Of a stretch of 64,000 nucleotides of DNA, positions 9,301 through 16,929 are shown piece after piece. The position numbers and the translations under genes are program-made. The DNA is taken from contig JAVBLT010000017.1 in the NCBI GenBank assembly GCA_031553315.1, positions 25,696-89,695 on the forward strand. Direction: 5' to 3'. The stretch comes from Kiritimatiellia bacterium. Lineage in GTDB: Bacteria; Verrucomicrobiota; Kiritimatiellia; RFP12; DVOR01. Numbering within the stretch: position 1 is the first letter of the stretch; each line of letters begins with the position of its first letter. The notes below the pieces were generated by a model. That model was given only the letters and a program-made list of their open reading frames with translations. It searched no databases and was not told where the DNA came from.

Positions 9301-10683
9301 AGCCTGAACCCGGCGGGAGCGCGCCGGGGGTGGGATCCGACCTTCTTCCGGTTCATTTCTTCAACGGAAGAACCGCCCGCCGTGGCGAAACTCGATGACC
9401 ACACGCTCTATGCCCAATGGAGAGATGTGAACACGACCAATCCTGCAATCAACCACTGGAATCATTCGACCGCGTTCGCGGGTGGGGTTTACAATGGGTT
9501 CGTGTATGATGAAGAATCGGTTATGCGGGGAACCGCGGCCTTTACCGCCACGTTGAAGACCTTGAAGGTCACGGCCTCACTGGTCACGCAGACGAGGAAA
9601 ATTTCATTCAGCGGAAAGATTGTGGATGCCGGAGAAGGGGTCTACACCGCCCAGATGAGCGAAAAGACCGGATGGCGGGTTTCCGTTGCGTTTGCGCGGA
9701 ATACCTGCTTCGGCGAGGCCGTTTCTCCCACGGGTGAAGTCTTTGTGATTGATGGCGCGCGGAATCGCTTCACTGATAAAACGGATTTGGAGATCGCGGA
9801 AACCATCGCGCCGTTGGTCGGCTCCTACACGGCGATTCAGGAGATTGAAATGGCGGATGTGGTATCGCCCAATCCGGAACCGAAAGGAACCGGGTATCTC
9901 ACCCTGACCGTCGCCAAGACCGGCGCGGCGAGAGTGGCCGGGGTATTGCCCAACGGAAAAACCTACTCCTTCTCCACAACATTGGAACCTTATCGCCAGG
10001 ACGACGGAACGCTGGCCTGCGCGTTTCCCATCTTCTCGGTGCTGAGCAGCAAGCAGGGCTCACTCTCGGGCCTGCTGTGGATCACCGAAAATGAAGAAGG
10101 AGGCAAACGCATTGCGGTCGACACCGAAAACGGGCGCTCGCTGATTTGGGAAAGCAAATCGACCGCCGGCGACGACACCTATTGGACAACGCTCGACGGC
10201 GCCTTTTGGAATCCCAAGCCGATTCTCGCGCCCGAGCTCCTCTTTACCGCCGAGCCCGGCCTGATTCCGTGGTATGAGACAAAAACCGTAGACCCCTCCG
10301 GCGACCTGCGGTGGGATACCGTTGAAGGCGGCCTTGAGCTTCTCCTCAACCCCAAGGGAACCGCCTACACCGTGCCCAAAGCCCTTGCCCTTACAAAAGA
10401 TGAAGACAAAAACTACATCTTCGACACCGCCAACAGCGGCAAGCTGACCTTCGCTTTCACCGCGCGAACCGGCATCTTCAAAGGCACGTTCAACGGTTAC
10501 ATCCAAGTTTCCGGCGCGAAAGCGCCCGTGCTTCGCACCTCCGCCGCGACCTATGCGGGGGTGTTCCTCCAAAACCCCGATGGCACCCTCGCCGGAGGCA
10601 AAGGCCACGCCCTCGTGGCCGAAACCGAACCCAACGCGAAGAAGCTGAAAATCAAGCGCTCCTTCCCGGTCGAGATTCGGTAA
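6304..10683 (+). CDS. Giant secreted surface protein (1459 aa): signal peptide, two right-handed parallel beta-helix modules with Pmp-like 22-aa turns, one Listeria-Bacteroides (Flg_new-type) repeat, and a C-terminal ~410-aa module shared with 28335..33092 and 33393..35729
   Basis: GAGGAA lies 6 nt upstream of the ATG. Signal MTNYLFLAAALLGATLHA. Beta-helix caps YYVSPAGNDASAGTSWATARKTIQSAI and FVNAQSGDDSSGNGSSAKPYKSIQKAV. Repeated CTISNNKA..GGGAY turns. DLDAQGG..PIPVRAGYEFIGW. C-terminal motifs GYLTLTVAKTGAARVAGVLPNG, TFAFTARTGIFKGTFNGY, KRSFPVEIR. Confidence 0.9.
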   Translation: MTNYLFLAAALLGATLHAATTYYVSPAGNDASAGTSWATARKTIQSAIDSAQSDMGDMVIVTNGAYAPITADKTIAIRSVEGAGKTIIDGEKSKRCATFYCSVPYPPYKITQKRTTLVGFTLKNGAVPKDNFLGNVSHGGVVTGGTLKNCILSETGKAAGFSSDAEYAVYDSTLENCEVTNNEQIKGTFINCLISNNDSIDTCTFKMCIIRENSFLFQYSQDGSNSFENCTLVGNAGQIGLSTFKNCILFANNFTEYFLGEQNSNEYEYCFGAFSSDTPEKGNVVGADYPGFVDPLGGDFRLSSDSPCLSKGDPGLVEPAVDMNGHSLFTNGRINMGAMGGSGIASSAPRALFVNAQSGDDSSGNGSSAKPYKSIQKAVASAPPFSTITVNNGRYSPIGTLGLPLTIQSVNGAAQTVISGGNTSRCAELRNPNSFLKGFTLENGYSETRGGAVLGGSLSACTISNSKAEWDGGGAYGCILTDCTISNNKAETEGGGAYGCILTNCTITNNKAWYGSGVSNCTLENSNVSKNSGIGYRAKLNNGDGEDEWSYGGGAAYCTLTDCEISENKASRGGGAIGSTLTNCIVKKNAANVSGGGLLESDADNCLIEQNKSYWGGGFHGAWGELVEAVSINSVIKGNEATEGAGSCSGIFINCTITENKASDSGGGGIASSIFLNCVINKNSAANDGGGVAGYGDAILVNSAVFDNSAGWFGGGVFDSYLENCTVSANTAGAAAGGAFACYGINSIIWGNTCKSSKSGHNFNTYYWEMDWDQNGKPIHSEDRNSVYAPDSFFSYSCAPGLSGTNIASDPKFANAAKKDFTLQVNSPCVNSGDPEYRVLYNFINYDYYTDFFDVLYPGIAADAAGNPRICGRRIDIGAYEYVGAVRSVEVRSNLPGGVSPAGTVRVFSDEGQVFTARESLDDRSFIGFLVNGAWISRATSFTWFPEKAGDVLTAVYETYADLDAQGGVVDVACVGVIYGECYPELPIPVRAGYEFIGWSLNPAGARRGWDPTFFRFISSTEEPPAVAKLDDHTLYAQWRDVNTTNPAINHWNHSTAFAGGVYNGFVYDEESVMRGTAAFTATLKTLKVTASLVTQTRKISFSGKIVDAGEGVYTAQMSEKTGWRVSVAFARNTCFGEAVSPTGEVFVIDGARNRFTDKTDLEIAETIAPLVGSYTAIQEIEMADVVSPNPEPKGTGYLTLTVAKTGAARVAGVLPNGKTYSFSTTLEPYRQDDGTLACAFPIFSVLSSKQGSLSGLLWITENEEGGKRIAVDTENGRSLIWESKSTAGDDTYWTTLDGAFWNPKPILAPELLFTAEPGLIPWYETKTVDPSGDLRWDTVEGGLELLLNPKGTAYTVPKALALTKDEDKNYIFDTANSGKLTFAFTARTGIFKGTFNGYIQVSGAKAPVLRTSAATYAGVFLQNPDGTLAGGKGHALVAETEPNAKKLKIKRSFPVEIR
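7684..7839 (+). repeat. In-frame 66-bp tandem repeat, about 2.4 near-identical units, inside the beta-helix gene
   Basis: Units start at 7684, 7750 and 7816 (TGCACAATCAGCAAC...). They encode CTISNSKAEWDGGGAYGCILTD, CTISNNKAETEGGGAYGCILTN and CTITNNKA. Confidence 0.85.
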
Positions 10684-10820
10684 AGCATATTTCGAAAGCG
10701 ATTTTTCCTTTTTGACAAACGCTTGAGGTGAGACGTAGCAACGCTACGGCGATCTGAGAGGGTGAAGTTAAAAAACAAAAAGCACCGAGAAAAAGCGGAA
10801 AGATCAATCGAAATATGCTC
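10683..10820 (-). mobile_element. MITE-like miniature element, copy 2 (inverted orientation, ~24-bp deletion near one end), flanked by TA on both sides
   Basis: Its reverse complement matches 23425-23537 with 3 mismatches by my count. TA at 10681-10682 and at 10821-10822. Confidence 0.75.
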
Positions 10821-10900
10821 TAAACCAGTTCATTCATACGCGATGCGGATGAAACCCGCGCCTGCATCGCTCAGTTAACGGGTTGCATGGAGATTCTATC

Positions 10901-11626
10901 ATGAACGAGATGGAGACGTGTTTAGACCGATCATTCGATGGCGCCCTTTGTCAGATTTCTACAGATCAATTCAAATGGCTTCCATGGGTTGGCAAAAATT
11001 ACGCCACGGCCGAACCTAAATTATTGATTGTGGGAGAATCGCATTACTTCAACGGAAAGGATCCTGTCGAACGAAAAGAGAAGCAGGAAAAACATACGGC
11101 AGACAAAGCGTTCACGCGAAAAGCCGTTTACGAGGGTGCGATTTGCAAAGACTGGCCGAACAAAACCTTTTCGAATTTAAATCGGGTGCTCTTGAGAACA
11201 GACAGCTTCCAAAATGAAAAATTGTGGAAAAACATTGCGTATCATAATATCGTGCAACGCATGATGGATTATTCTAAAAATGAACGCCCGGCAGACGATG
11301 ACTTTGTGGCCGGGTGGAAACCGCTTATCGGCATCATCAACGTGTTGAAACCGGATAACTGCCTCTTTATCGGCATCAAAGCCGCCAACACATTTAACAA
11401 AGCGATGCGGGCATTGAACGTGCAACATGCCGCTGCATCGTTTGGCCCCAGCATCAACACGACCCGCGTGCGCTACGCCTCGACGACAATTGATGGAAAA
11501 GAAACAAAGCTTCTTTTCATCAAGCATGCAAGCCGGTTTTTTTCTTGGGATCAATGGAATAAACACGTTGCCGAAACATTCCCAAAGGCCCTTGAATCTC
11601 TAAATAAAGCAGTCTTTTCAGATTAA
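10901..11626 (+). CDS. Orphan low-GC protein (241 aa) with uracil-DNA-glycosylase-superfamily-like motif pattern; function unknown
   Basis: The track ORF starts at TTG 10883; I prefer ATG 10901. Long ORF in a region of about 40-45% GC by eye, against over 60% in the flanks. Motif order KLLIVGESHYF ... IAYHNIVQR ... ERP ... KPDNCLFIGIKAA ... FIKHASRF parallels UDG motif A, the N-containing strand, the RP motif and motif B. Confidence 0.7.
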   Translation: MNEMETCLDRSFDGALCQISTDQFKWLPWVGKNYATAEPKLLIVGESHYFNGKDPVERKEKQEKHTADKAFTRKAVYEGAICKDWPNKTFSNLNRVLLRTDSFQNEKLWKNIAYHNIVQRMMDYSKNERPADDDFVAGWKPLIGIINVLKPDNCLFIGIKAANTFNKAMRALNVQHAAASFGPSINTTRVRYASTTIDGKETKLLFIKHASRFFSWDQWNKHVAETFPKALESLNKAVFSD

Positions 11627-11719
11627 GAAACGCTGAGTAAGGCCAGATTCCGCATTGCGGGATTTTGTTCGCGGGTTACACAGGGTATAAAAAATCTGTG
11701 TAACCTGTGAAATCGGGGT

Positions 11720-12463
11720 TTAAAAAACCTTGTCCAGCGCGAAGGCCGCCAAAAAACCGAAAACCGTGATGAGCCCCGCGAAATCGTGCGCCTCCTCAAA
11801 GGCCTCGGGGATCATCGTGTCGGCAATCATCGCCAGAATGGCGCCGGCCGCGATCGCCTGCGCAAACGAGACCAAAGCCGGCGCCGCGTGTTCGAAGAAA
11901 AGGCACCCGCACAGCGCCGCAAGGGCGCTGAGCAGCGCAATCGCCATCCAGATGCCGAAAATATAGGTTTTGCCGCGCCCCGCTTTCTTCATTCCGACCG
12001 AGCTGGAAAGCCCTTCGGGGATGTTGGAGATGAAGACCGCCGCCACCGCCACGATGCTCACCCCTTGGCCCCCAAGAAGGCTGAGCCCGATCACAATCGA
12101 TTCGGGGATCCCGTCGATCAGCGCCCCGATGGCAATCGCGATGCCGCTGCCACCCTCCTCTGCCTGATGCGTGCCCGAGCGTTTGCGGTGCTTCGCTCCA
12201 TAGGCTCCCACCGCGAGATTCGCGGCCGTGTAGATCACCGCCCCGCCCAGAAACCCCGCCGCCGTGGCCGCGAAGCCTCCTTTGGCGTAAGCCTCCTCCA
12301 TCAGTTCAAACGAGAGGGCCGAAATCAGCACACCGCTTCCAAACGCCATCACCGCCGCCACCGTGCGCCGCCGCATCGGCAGATAATAGCCCATCAGCGA
12401 GCCCAACAAAAGCGCGGCTCCTGCGAGCCCGCCCCAAAACGCCGCAAGCAGTGGAATCGTCAT
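11720..12463 (-). CDS. ZIP-family (ZupT-like) divalent metal transporter
   Basis: The track ORF starts at TTG 12520; I prefer ATG 12463, which has GGAGG 5 nt upstream. Motifs IDGIPESIVIGL and NIPEGLSS, and multiple hydrophobic segments. Confidence 0.85.
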   Translation of the reverse strand: MTIPLLAAFWGGLAGAALLLGSLMGYYLPMRRRTVAAVMAFGSGVLISALSFELMEEAYAKGGFAATAAGFLGGAVIYTAANLAVGAYGAKHRKRSGTHQAEEGGSGIAIAIGALIDGIPESIVIGLSLLGGQGVSIVAVAAVFISNIPEGLSSSVGMKKAGRGKTYIFGIWMAIALLSALAALCGCLFFEHAAPALVSFAQAIAAGAILAMIADTMIPEAFEEAHDFAGLITVFGFLAAFALDKVF

Positions 12464-12583
12464 CGGCACCTCCGAGGTTAAAAGTGACCTTACAATAAGA
12501 AAGAAACCCTCTTCTGTCAAGCGGGAGCCATGTGCGCGGTGAAAAAGGCCGCCATGCCGTTTTTTATCTTCACGAAATCCCGC

Positions 12584-12612
12584 TTGAAGCGGGTGAAGGA
12601 ATCGGTTATAGT
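12584..12612 (+). promoter_or_regulatory. Putative sigma-70 promoter of the rnf operon
   Basis: TTGAAG (12584-12589), 17-nt spacer, TATAGT (12607-12612), 34 nt upstream of the rnfA ATG. Confidence 0.45.
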
Positions 12613-12646
12613 AAAACGAGCTTGAATTTTACAAGGAAACGGTTTT

Positions 12647-13216
12647 ATGACCTATCTGCTGCTGATTGTTGGGGCGGTGTTTGTCAATAATTTCGTATTG
12701 AGCCGCTTTTTGGGAATCTGCCCCTTTCTGGGGGTTTCGAAGAAGCTGCCGACGGCGCTGGGGATGTCGGCCGCCGTGGTGGCGGTGATGACGCTGGGCG
12801 CGGCGGTCACCTGGTGCCTGCAAAAATATCTGCTTGAACCGCTCGGCATCGGCTATATGCAGACGATCGTCTTCATTCTGGTGATCGCGGCGATGGTGCA
12901 GTTCATCGACATCGCCATGAAGCGCTTCCTGCCTCCCCTGCACGCGGCGCTGGGGATTTTCCTGCCGCTCATCACGACCAACTGCGCGGTGCTCGGCGTG
13001 GCGATCATGACCACGGCGTATCCGTTTCTCGAAGCGGTGGTCTTTTCCTTTGCGGCGGGGCTGGGTTTCGGCCTGGCGTTGATTATCTTTACGGGCCTGC
13101 GCGAAAAAATCGACCGGGCGGATCCTCCGCGCGCGTTTCGCGGCGTGGCGGTGGCGCTGGTCACGGCGGGATTGCTGAGCCTGGCGTTTATGGGTTTCAG
13201 CGGTCTGGTCAAATAA
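12647..13216 (+). CDS. rnfA: Rnf electron-transport complex subunit A
   Basis: 189 aa. VNNFVLSRFLGICPFLGVSKKL, GIFLPLITTNCAVLGVA and LSLAFMGFSGLVK closely parallel E. coli RsxA. Confidence 0.95.
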   Translation: MTYLLLIVGAVFVNNFVLSRFLGICPFLGVSKKLPTALGMSAAVVAVMTLGAAVTWCLQKYLLEPLGIGYMQTIVFILVIAAMVQFIDIAMKRFLPPLHAALGIFLPLITTNCAVLGVAIMTTAYPFLEAVVFSFAAGLGFGLALIIFTGLREKIDRADPPRAFRGVAVALVTAGLLSLAFMGFSGLVK

Positions 13217-13232
13217 TTTACCGGAGAAGAGT

Positions 13233-14030
13233 ATGGCGGTGACATCGGTCGTTTTGATTGTTTCGGCGCTGGCGCTGCTGTGCGGCGTGATTCTGGCGCT
13301 GGCGGCCCGTTATCTGGCGGTGCCGGAAGATCCGCGCGTGGCGGCGGTCACCGCGCTGTTGCCGGGCGTGAACTGCGGCGCGTGCGGCTATGCGGGTTGC
13401 GCCAATTACGCGCAGGCGCTGGTCGGGGGGGGAATTTCCACCTCGCTTTGCGCGCCGGGCGGCCCCGCGGTGGCCGAAGCGGTCGCGGAAAAGCTCGGCC
13501 TGGCGGTGACTTCTTCCGAAAAACGCGTGGCGCTGGTGTTTTGCGGCGGCGGCGACTCCAAGGCGACCCGCCGCGCGGCCTACAACGGCATCGCCGAATG
13601 CGGCGCGGCGGCGGCGACGGCGGGCGGCGACAAGGGCTGCACGTTTGGCTGCCTGGGTTACGGCTCCTGCCTCCAGATCTGCCCGACCCGCGCCATTCGC
13701 CTCGAAGACGGCATCGCGGCGGTCGATAGCGCGCGCTGCATCGCCTGCGGGCTCTGCGTGAAGAAGTGCCCGCGCGGGCTCATCCATCTTGTTCCGGCCG
13801 ATGCGCGGCTGCATGTGCTGTGCTCCTCGAAGGCGAAGGGCCCCGAGGTGAAAAAGGTGTGTCAAACCGGGTGCATCGGCTGCACGATCTGCACCAAAAC
13901 TTCGGGCGGAGCGGTCGCGATGAATGGCTTTCTCGCGGTGCGCGACTATTCGAAACCCATCGCCGAGGCCGATGCGCAGACCACCGCGGCCAAATGCCCC
14001 GGTCGATGCGTGAAAGCGGGGAAAGCATGA
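13233..14030 (+). CDS. rnfB: Rnf complex subunit B (polyferredoxin)
   Basis: 265 aa. N-terminal TM helix, LPGVNCGACGYAGCANYAQA, then several CxxCxxCxxxCP clusters. Confidence 0.9.
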   Translation: MAVTSVVLIVSALALLCGVILALAARYLAVPEDPRVAAVTALLPGVNCGACGYAGCANYAQALVGGGISTSLCAPGGPAVAEAVAEKLGLAVTSSEKRVALVFCGGGDSKATRRAAYNGIAECGAAAATAGGDKGCTFGCLGYGSCLQICPTRAIRLEDGIAAVDSARCIACGLCVKKCPRGLIHLVPADARLHVLCSSKAKGPEVKKVCQTGCIGCTICTKTSGGAVAMNGFLAVRDYSKPIAEADAQTTAAKCPGRCVKAGKA

Positions 14031-15358
14031 AAATCACCCACTCCTTCCATGAATTCGGAGGCGGCGTCCACCCCGACTACAACAAAATCACCGCCGAAAG
14101 CCCCTCGCGCCTCGTCGAGCACCCCGACCGCCTGTGGGTGAGCATGAGCCAGCACCTGGGCGCGCCCGCAATTCCCTGCGTGAAGCCCGGCGACCGGGTC
14201 GTGACCGGCCAGCGCATCGGCGAGGCGGCTCCCGGCCTTTCCGCGCATGTGCATGCGCCGCTCTGCGGCAACGTCGCGGCCATTGCCCAGACGCTCTCCG
14301 CCGCCGGCCGCCCGGCGCCCGCGATTGAGATCGCCGTGGAAAAAGGCTGCGCGGAAACCGCCTTTATGGATCCGATCGATTGGGAAAACGCCTCCAAAGA
14401 AACCCTCCTCGAACGCATCAAAGAGGCCGGCTGCACCGGCATGGGCGGCGCCGGCTTCCCCACCCACATCAAGCTCAACCCGCCCAAACCCATCGACACG
14501 CTCATCCTCAACGGCGCCGAATGCGAGCCCTGGCTCACAAGCGACCACCGCGTGATGGTCGAACAGGCCGGCATGGTGCGCCTCGGCTGCCGCATCCTGC
14601 GCAAGATTCTCAACGTTCCGCGCGTGCGCATCGCGATTGAAGACAATAAGCCCGACGCGATCGCCGCCATGGAAAAGGCCTTCGCCGATTCCCCCGGCGA
14701 CATCGAAATCTGCGTGCTCCCCACCCGTTACCCGATGGGCGGCGAGAAGCAGCAGATCTTCGCCCTCACCGGCCGCGAAGTGCCCCAGGGCGGCCTGCCG
14801 ATGGATGTGGGCTGCCTCGTGGAAAACATCGCCACCACCCTCGCCATTAAAGAAGCCATCGTCTTCGGCCGCCCGCTCATCTGGCGCCGCGTGACCGTGA
14901 CGGGCGACGCCGTGGCCCGCCCCGCCAACCTGATCGCCCCCCTGGGCATGCGCTACAGCGACCTCATCGCGGCCTGCGGCGGCCTCACCCGGCCCCTCTC
15001 CAGGCTCATTTCGGGCGGCACCATGATGGGCTTCGCCGTGGCCGATGCCACGGTAACCATGACCAAGACCACCTCCGGCCTCCTCGCGCTCTCCCCGAAG
15101 TTTGGCGCCGCCTACACCTCGCAGGCCTGCATCGGCTGCGGCCGTTGCCTCGACGCCTGCCCCATGCACGTGGAACCCGCCGAGCTCAGCCAGTTTGTAG
15201 AGGCCGACGACATCGAATCCGCCGAGAAATACGGCGTGCTCAACTGCTGCGAATGCGGCTGCTGCGCCTTCGCCTGCCCCGCCCGCCGACCCCTCGTGCA
15301 ACACTTCCGCCGGGCAAAAGCCGCCATCATGGCCAACCGCGCCATCGCCAAAAAGTAA
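14027..15358 (+). CDS. rnfC: Rnf complex subunit C
   Basis: Track ORF 13766..15358 trimmed to the ATG overlapping the rnfB stop (ATGA). MKITHSFHEFGGGVHP, GMGGAGFPTHIKL, NGAECEPWLTSDHRVM, CIGCGRCLDACP, CCECGCCAFACP. Confidence 0.9.
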   Translation: MKITHSFHEFGGGVHPDYNKITAESPSRLVEHPDRLWVSMSQHLGAPAIPCVKPGDRVVTGQRIGEAAPGLSAHVHAPLCGNVAAIAQTLSAAGRPAPAIEIAVEKGCAETAFMDPIDWENASKETLLERIKEAGCTGMGGAGFPTHIKLNPPKPIDTLILNGAECEPWLTSDHRVMVEQAGMVRLGCRILRKILNVPRVRIAIEDNKPDAIAAMEKAFADSPGDIEICVLPTRYPMGGEKQQIFALTGREVPQGGLPMDVGCLVENIATTLAIKEAIVFGRPLIWRRVTVTGDAVARPANLIAPLGMRYSDLIAACGGLTRPLSRLISGGTMMGFAVADATVTMTKTTSGLLALSPKFGAAYTSQACIGCGRCLDACPMHVEPAELSQFVEADDIESAEKYGVLNCCECGCCAFACPARRPLVQHFRRAKAAIMANRAIAKK

Positions 15359-15370
15359 CACGGAACCGCT

Positions 15371-16369
15371 ATGACCTCCGAAAACAACACCCCCCTTCTC
15401 TGCGTCAGCAGCTCACCCCATACCCACTCCGGCGCCAGCGTCCGCCGGATGATGCTCGACGTGATCCTCGCGCTCCTGCCCGCCGCCGCCGCCGCGATCT
15501 GGTTCTTCCGGCTCGACGCAGTCCGCCTCATCGCCGTGTGCATCGGGGCGGCGATGCTCACCGAGTGGCTCTGCCGCAAGGCCATGCGCCGCGAAAACAC
15601 CCTCGGCGACCTCAGCGCCGCGATCACCGGCCTGCTCCTCGCCTTCAACCTCCCGCCCACCCTGCCTTCGTGGATGGCCGCCCTCGGCGCCGTCTTCGCC
15701 ATCGGCCTCGCCAAGCAGGTCTTCGGCGGTTTGGGCTACAACCCCTTCAACCCGGCGCTCATTGGGCGCGCGTTCCTGCTCATCTCCTTCACAGGCGCGA
15801 TGACCACCTGGGCCGCGCCCGCGACCTGGGTCGACGGCGTGACCGGCGCCACCCCCCTGGGCCTCTTCAAAGCCTCCATCAAAGGCTTCGATGTCGACGT
15901 GACCTGGAATCTGAAAGACTTTCTCCTCGGCAACATGCGCGGCTGCATCGGCGAGACCTCCGCCCTTGCCCTCTTCATCGGCGGCATGTACCTCATTCTC
16001 CGGCGCGTGATCACCTGGCACATTCCCGCCGCCTACCTCGGCACCGTGGCCCTCTACGCCGCCATCCTCCGCCTTTCGAATCCCGAAACCGCCATGCCGG
16101 TGGCCTTTCACCTGCTCGCGGGCGGCCTCTTCCTCGGCGCCTTCTTCATGGCCACCGACCTTGTGACCTCGCCCATTACCCGGCGCGGCCAGATCATCTT
16201 CGGCATCGGGTGCGGCGTGATCACTATGATTATCCGCACCGTGCCCAGCGGCGGCTACCCCGAAGGCGTCAGCTTCGCCATCCTCATCATGAACGCCTTC
16301 GTGCCCCTCATCAACATCGCCTCCCGCCGCCGCATCTTCGGCACAGGCAAAAAGGTCCGCGCATCATGA
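15371..16369 (+). CDS. rnfD: Rnf complex subunit D
   Basis: 332 aa polytopic membrane protein. SSPHTHSGASVRRMMLDVILALLPA and GGYPEGVSFAILIMNAFVPLI. Confidence 0.9.
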   Translation: MTSENNTPLLCVSSSPHTHSGASVRRMMLDVILALLPAAAAAIWFFRLDAVRLIAVCIGAAMLTEWLCRKAMRRENTLGDLSAAITGLLLAFNLPPTLPSWMAALGAVFAIGLAKQVFGGLGYNPFNPALIGRAFLLISFTGAMTTWAAPATWVDGVTGATPLGLFKASIKGFDVDVTWNLKDFLLGNMRGCIGETSALALFIGGMYLILRRVITWHIPAAYLGTVALYAAILRLSNPETAMPVAFHLLAGGLFLGAFFMATDLVTSPITRRGQIIFGIGCGVITMIIRTVPSGGYPEGVSFAILIMNAFVPLINIASRRRIFGTGKKVRAS

Positions 16370-16917
16370 ACGCCTTTGCGAAAACACTCTTCTCCGTCAC
16401 GCTGATCACCGGCATCTGCACCCTGATCCTCGCCATCGTCAGCGGAGCCACCGCCGGCCCCATCGAAGCCGCCAAAAAGAAACAAACGCTCGATGCCAGC
16501 CGCGCCGTCCTCCCCGCCGGCCTCGCCGCGCCCCGGCTCGAAACCATCGCCGGGACCGACTTCTACGTATCGCGCAAGGCCGACGGTTCCCTCGCCGGCA
16601 TCGCCATCGAAGGCCGCACCGAAAAGGGCTACAGCGGCCTCGTCACCCTCATGGTCGGCTTCACCCCCGACAACCGCCTCCACGCCTACGAAGTGCTCCA
16701 GCAGACCGAAACCCCCGGCCTCGGCGTGAAAATCGGCGATCCCGCCTTCAAAAAACAATTCGCCGGCCGATCCCTCGCCACCCTCCCCTGGAAGGTCAAC
16801 AAAGACGGCGGCGACATCGACGCCATCACCGCGGCCACCATCTCCTCCCGCGCCGCCATCGCCGCCGTGGCCGACGCCGCCGCCAAGTTCGCCGCCTACC
16901 GCGCCGCCCACCCTTAA
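16366..16917 (+). CDS. rnfG: Rnf complex subunit G (FMN-binding)
   Basis: Track ORF 15145..16917 trimmed to the ATG overlapping the rnfD stop. MNAFAKTLFSVTLITG TM anchor, TETPGLG, and DAITAATISSRA FMN-attachment motif. Confidence 0.85.
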   Translation: MNAFAKTLFSVTLITGICTLILAIVSGATAGPIEAAKKKQTLDASRAVLPAGLAAPRLETIAGTDFYVSRKADGSLAGIAIEGRTEKGYSGLVTLMVGFTPDNRLHAYEVLQQTETPGLGVKIGDPAFKKQFAGRSLATLPWKVNKDGGDIDAITAATISSRAAIAAVADAAAKFAAYRAAHP

Positions 16918-16929
16918 CCCCCCTCCGCC

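Noticed and set aside
11674-11705. 9-bp inverted repeat GGTTACACA..(14 nt)..TGTGTAACC between the convergent UDG-like ORF and the ZIP gene
   Set aside because: It has no adjacent T-run and lies at gene 3-prime ends, so it is not positioned as an operator. It may be a weak bidirectional terminator, but the evidence is insufficient.
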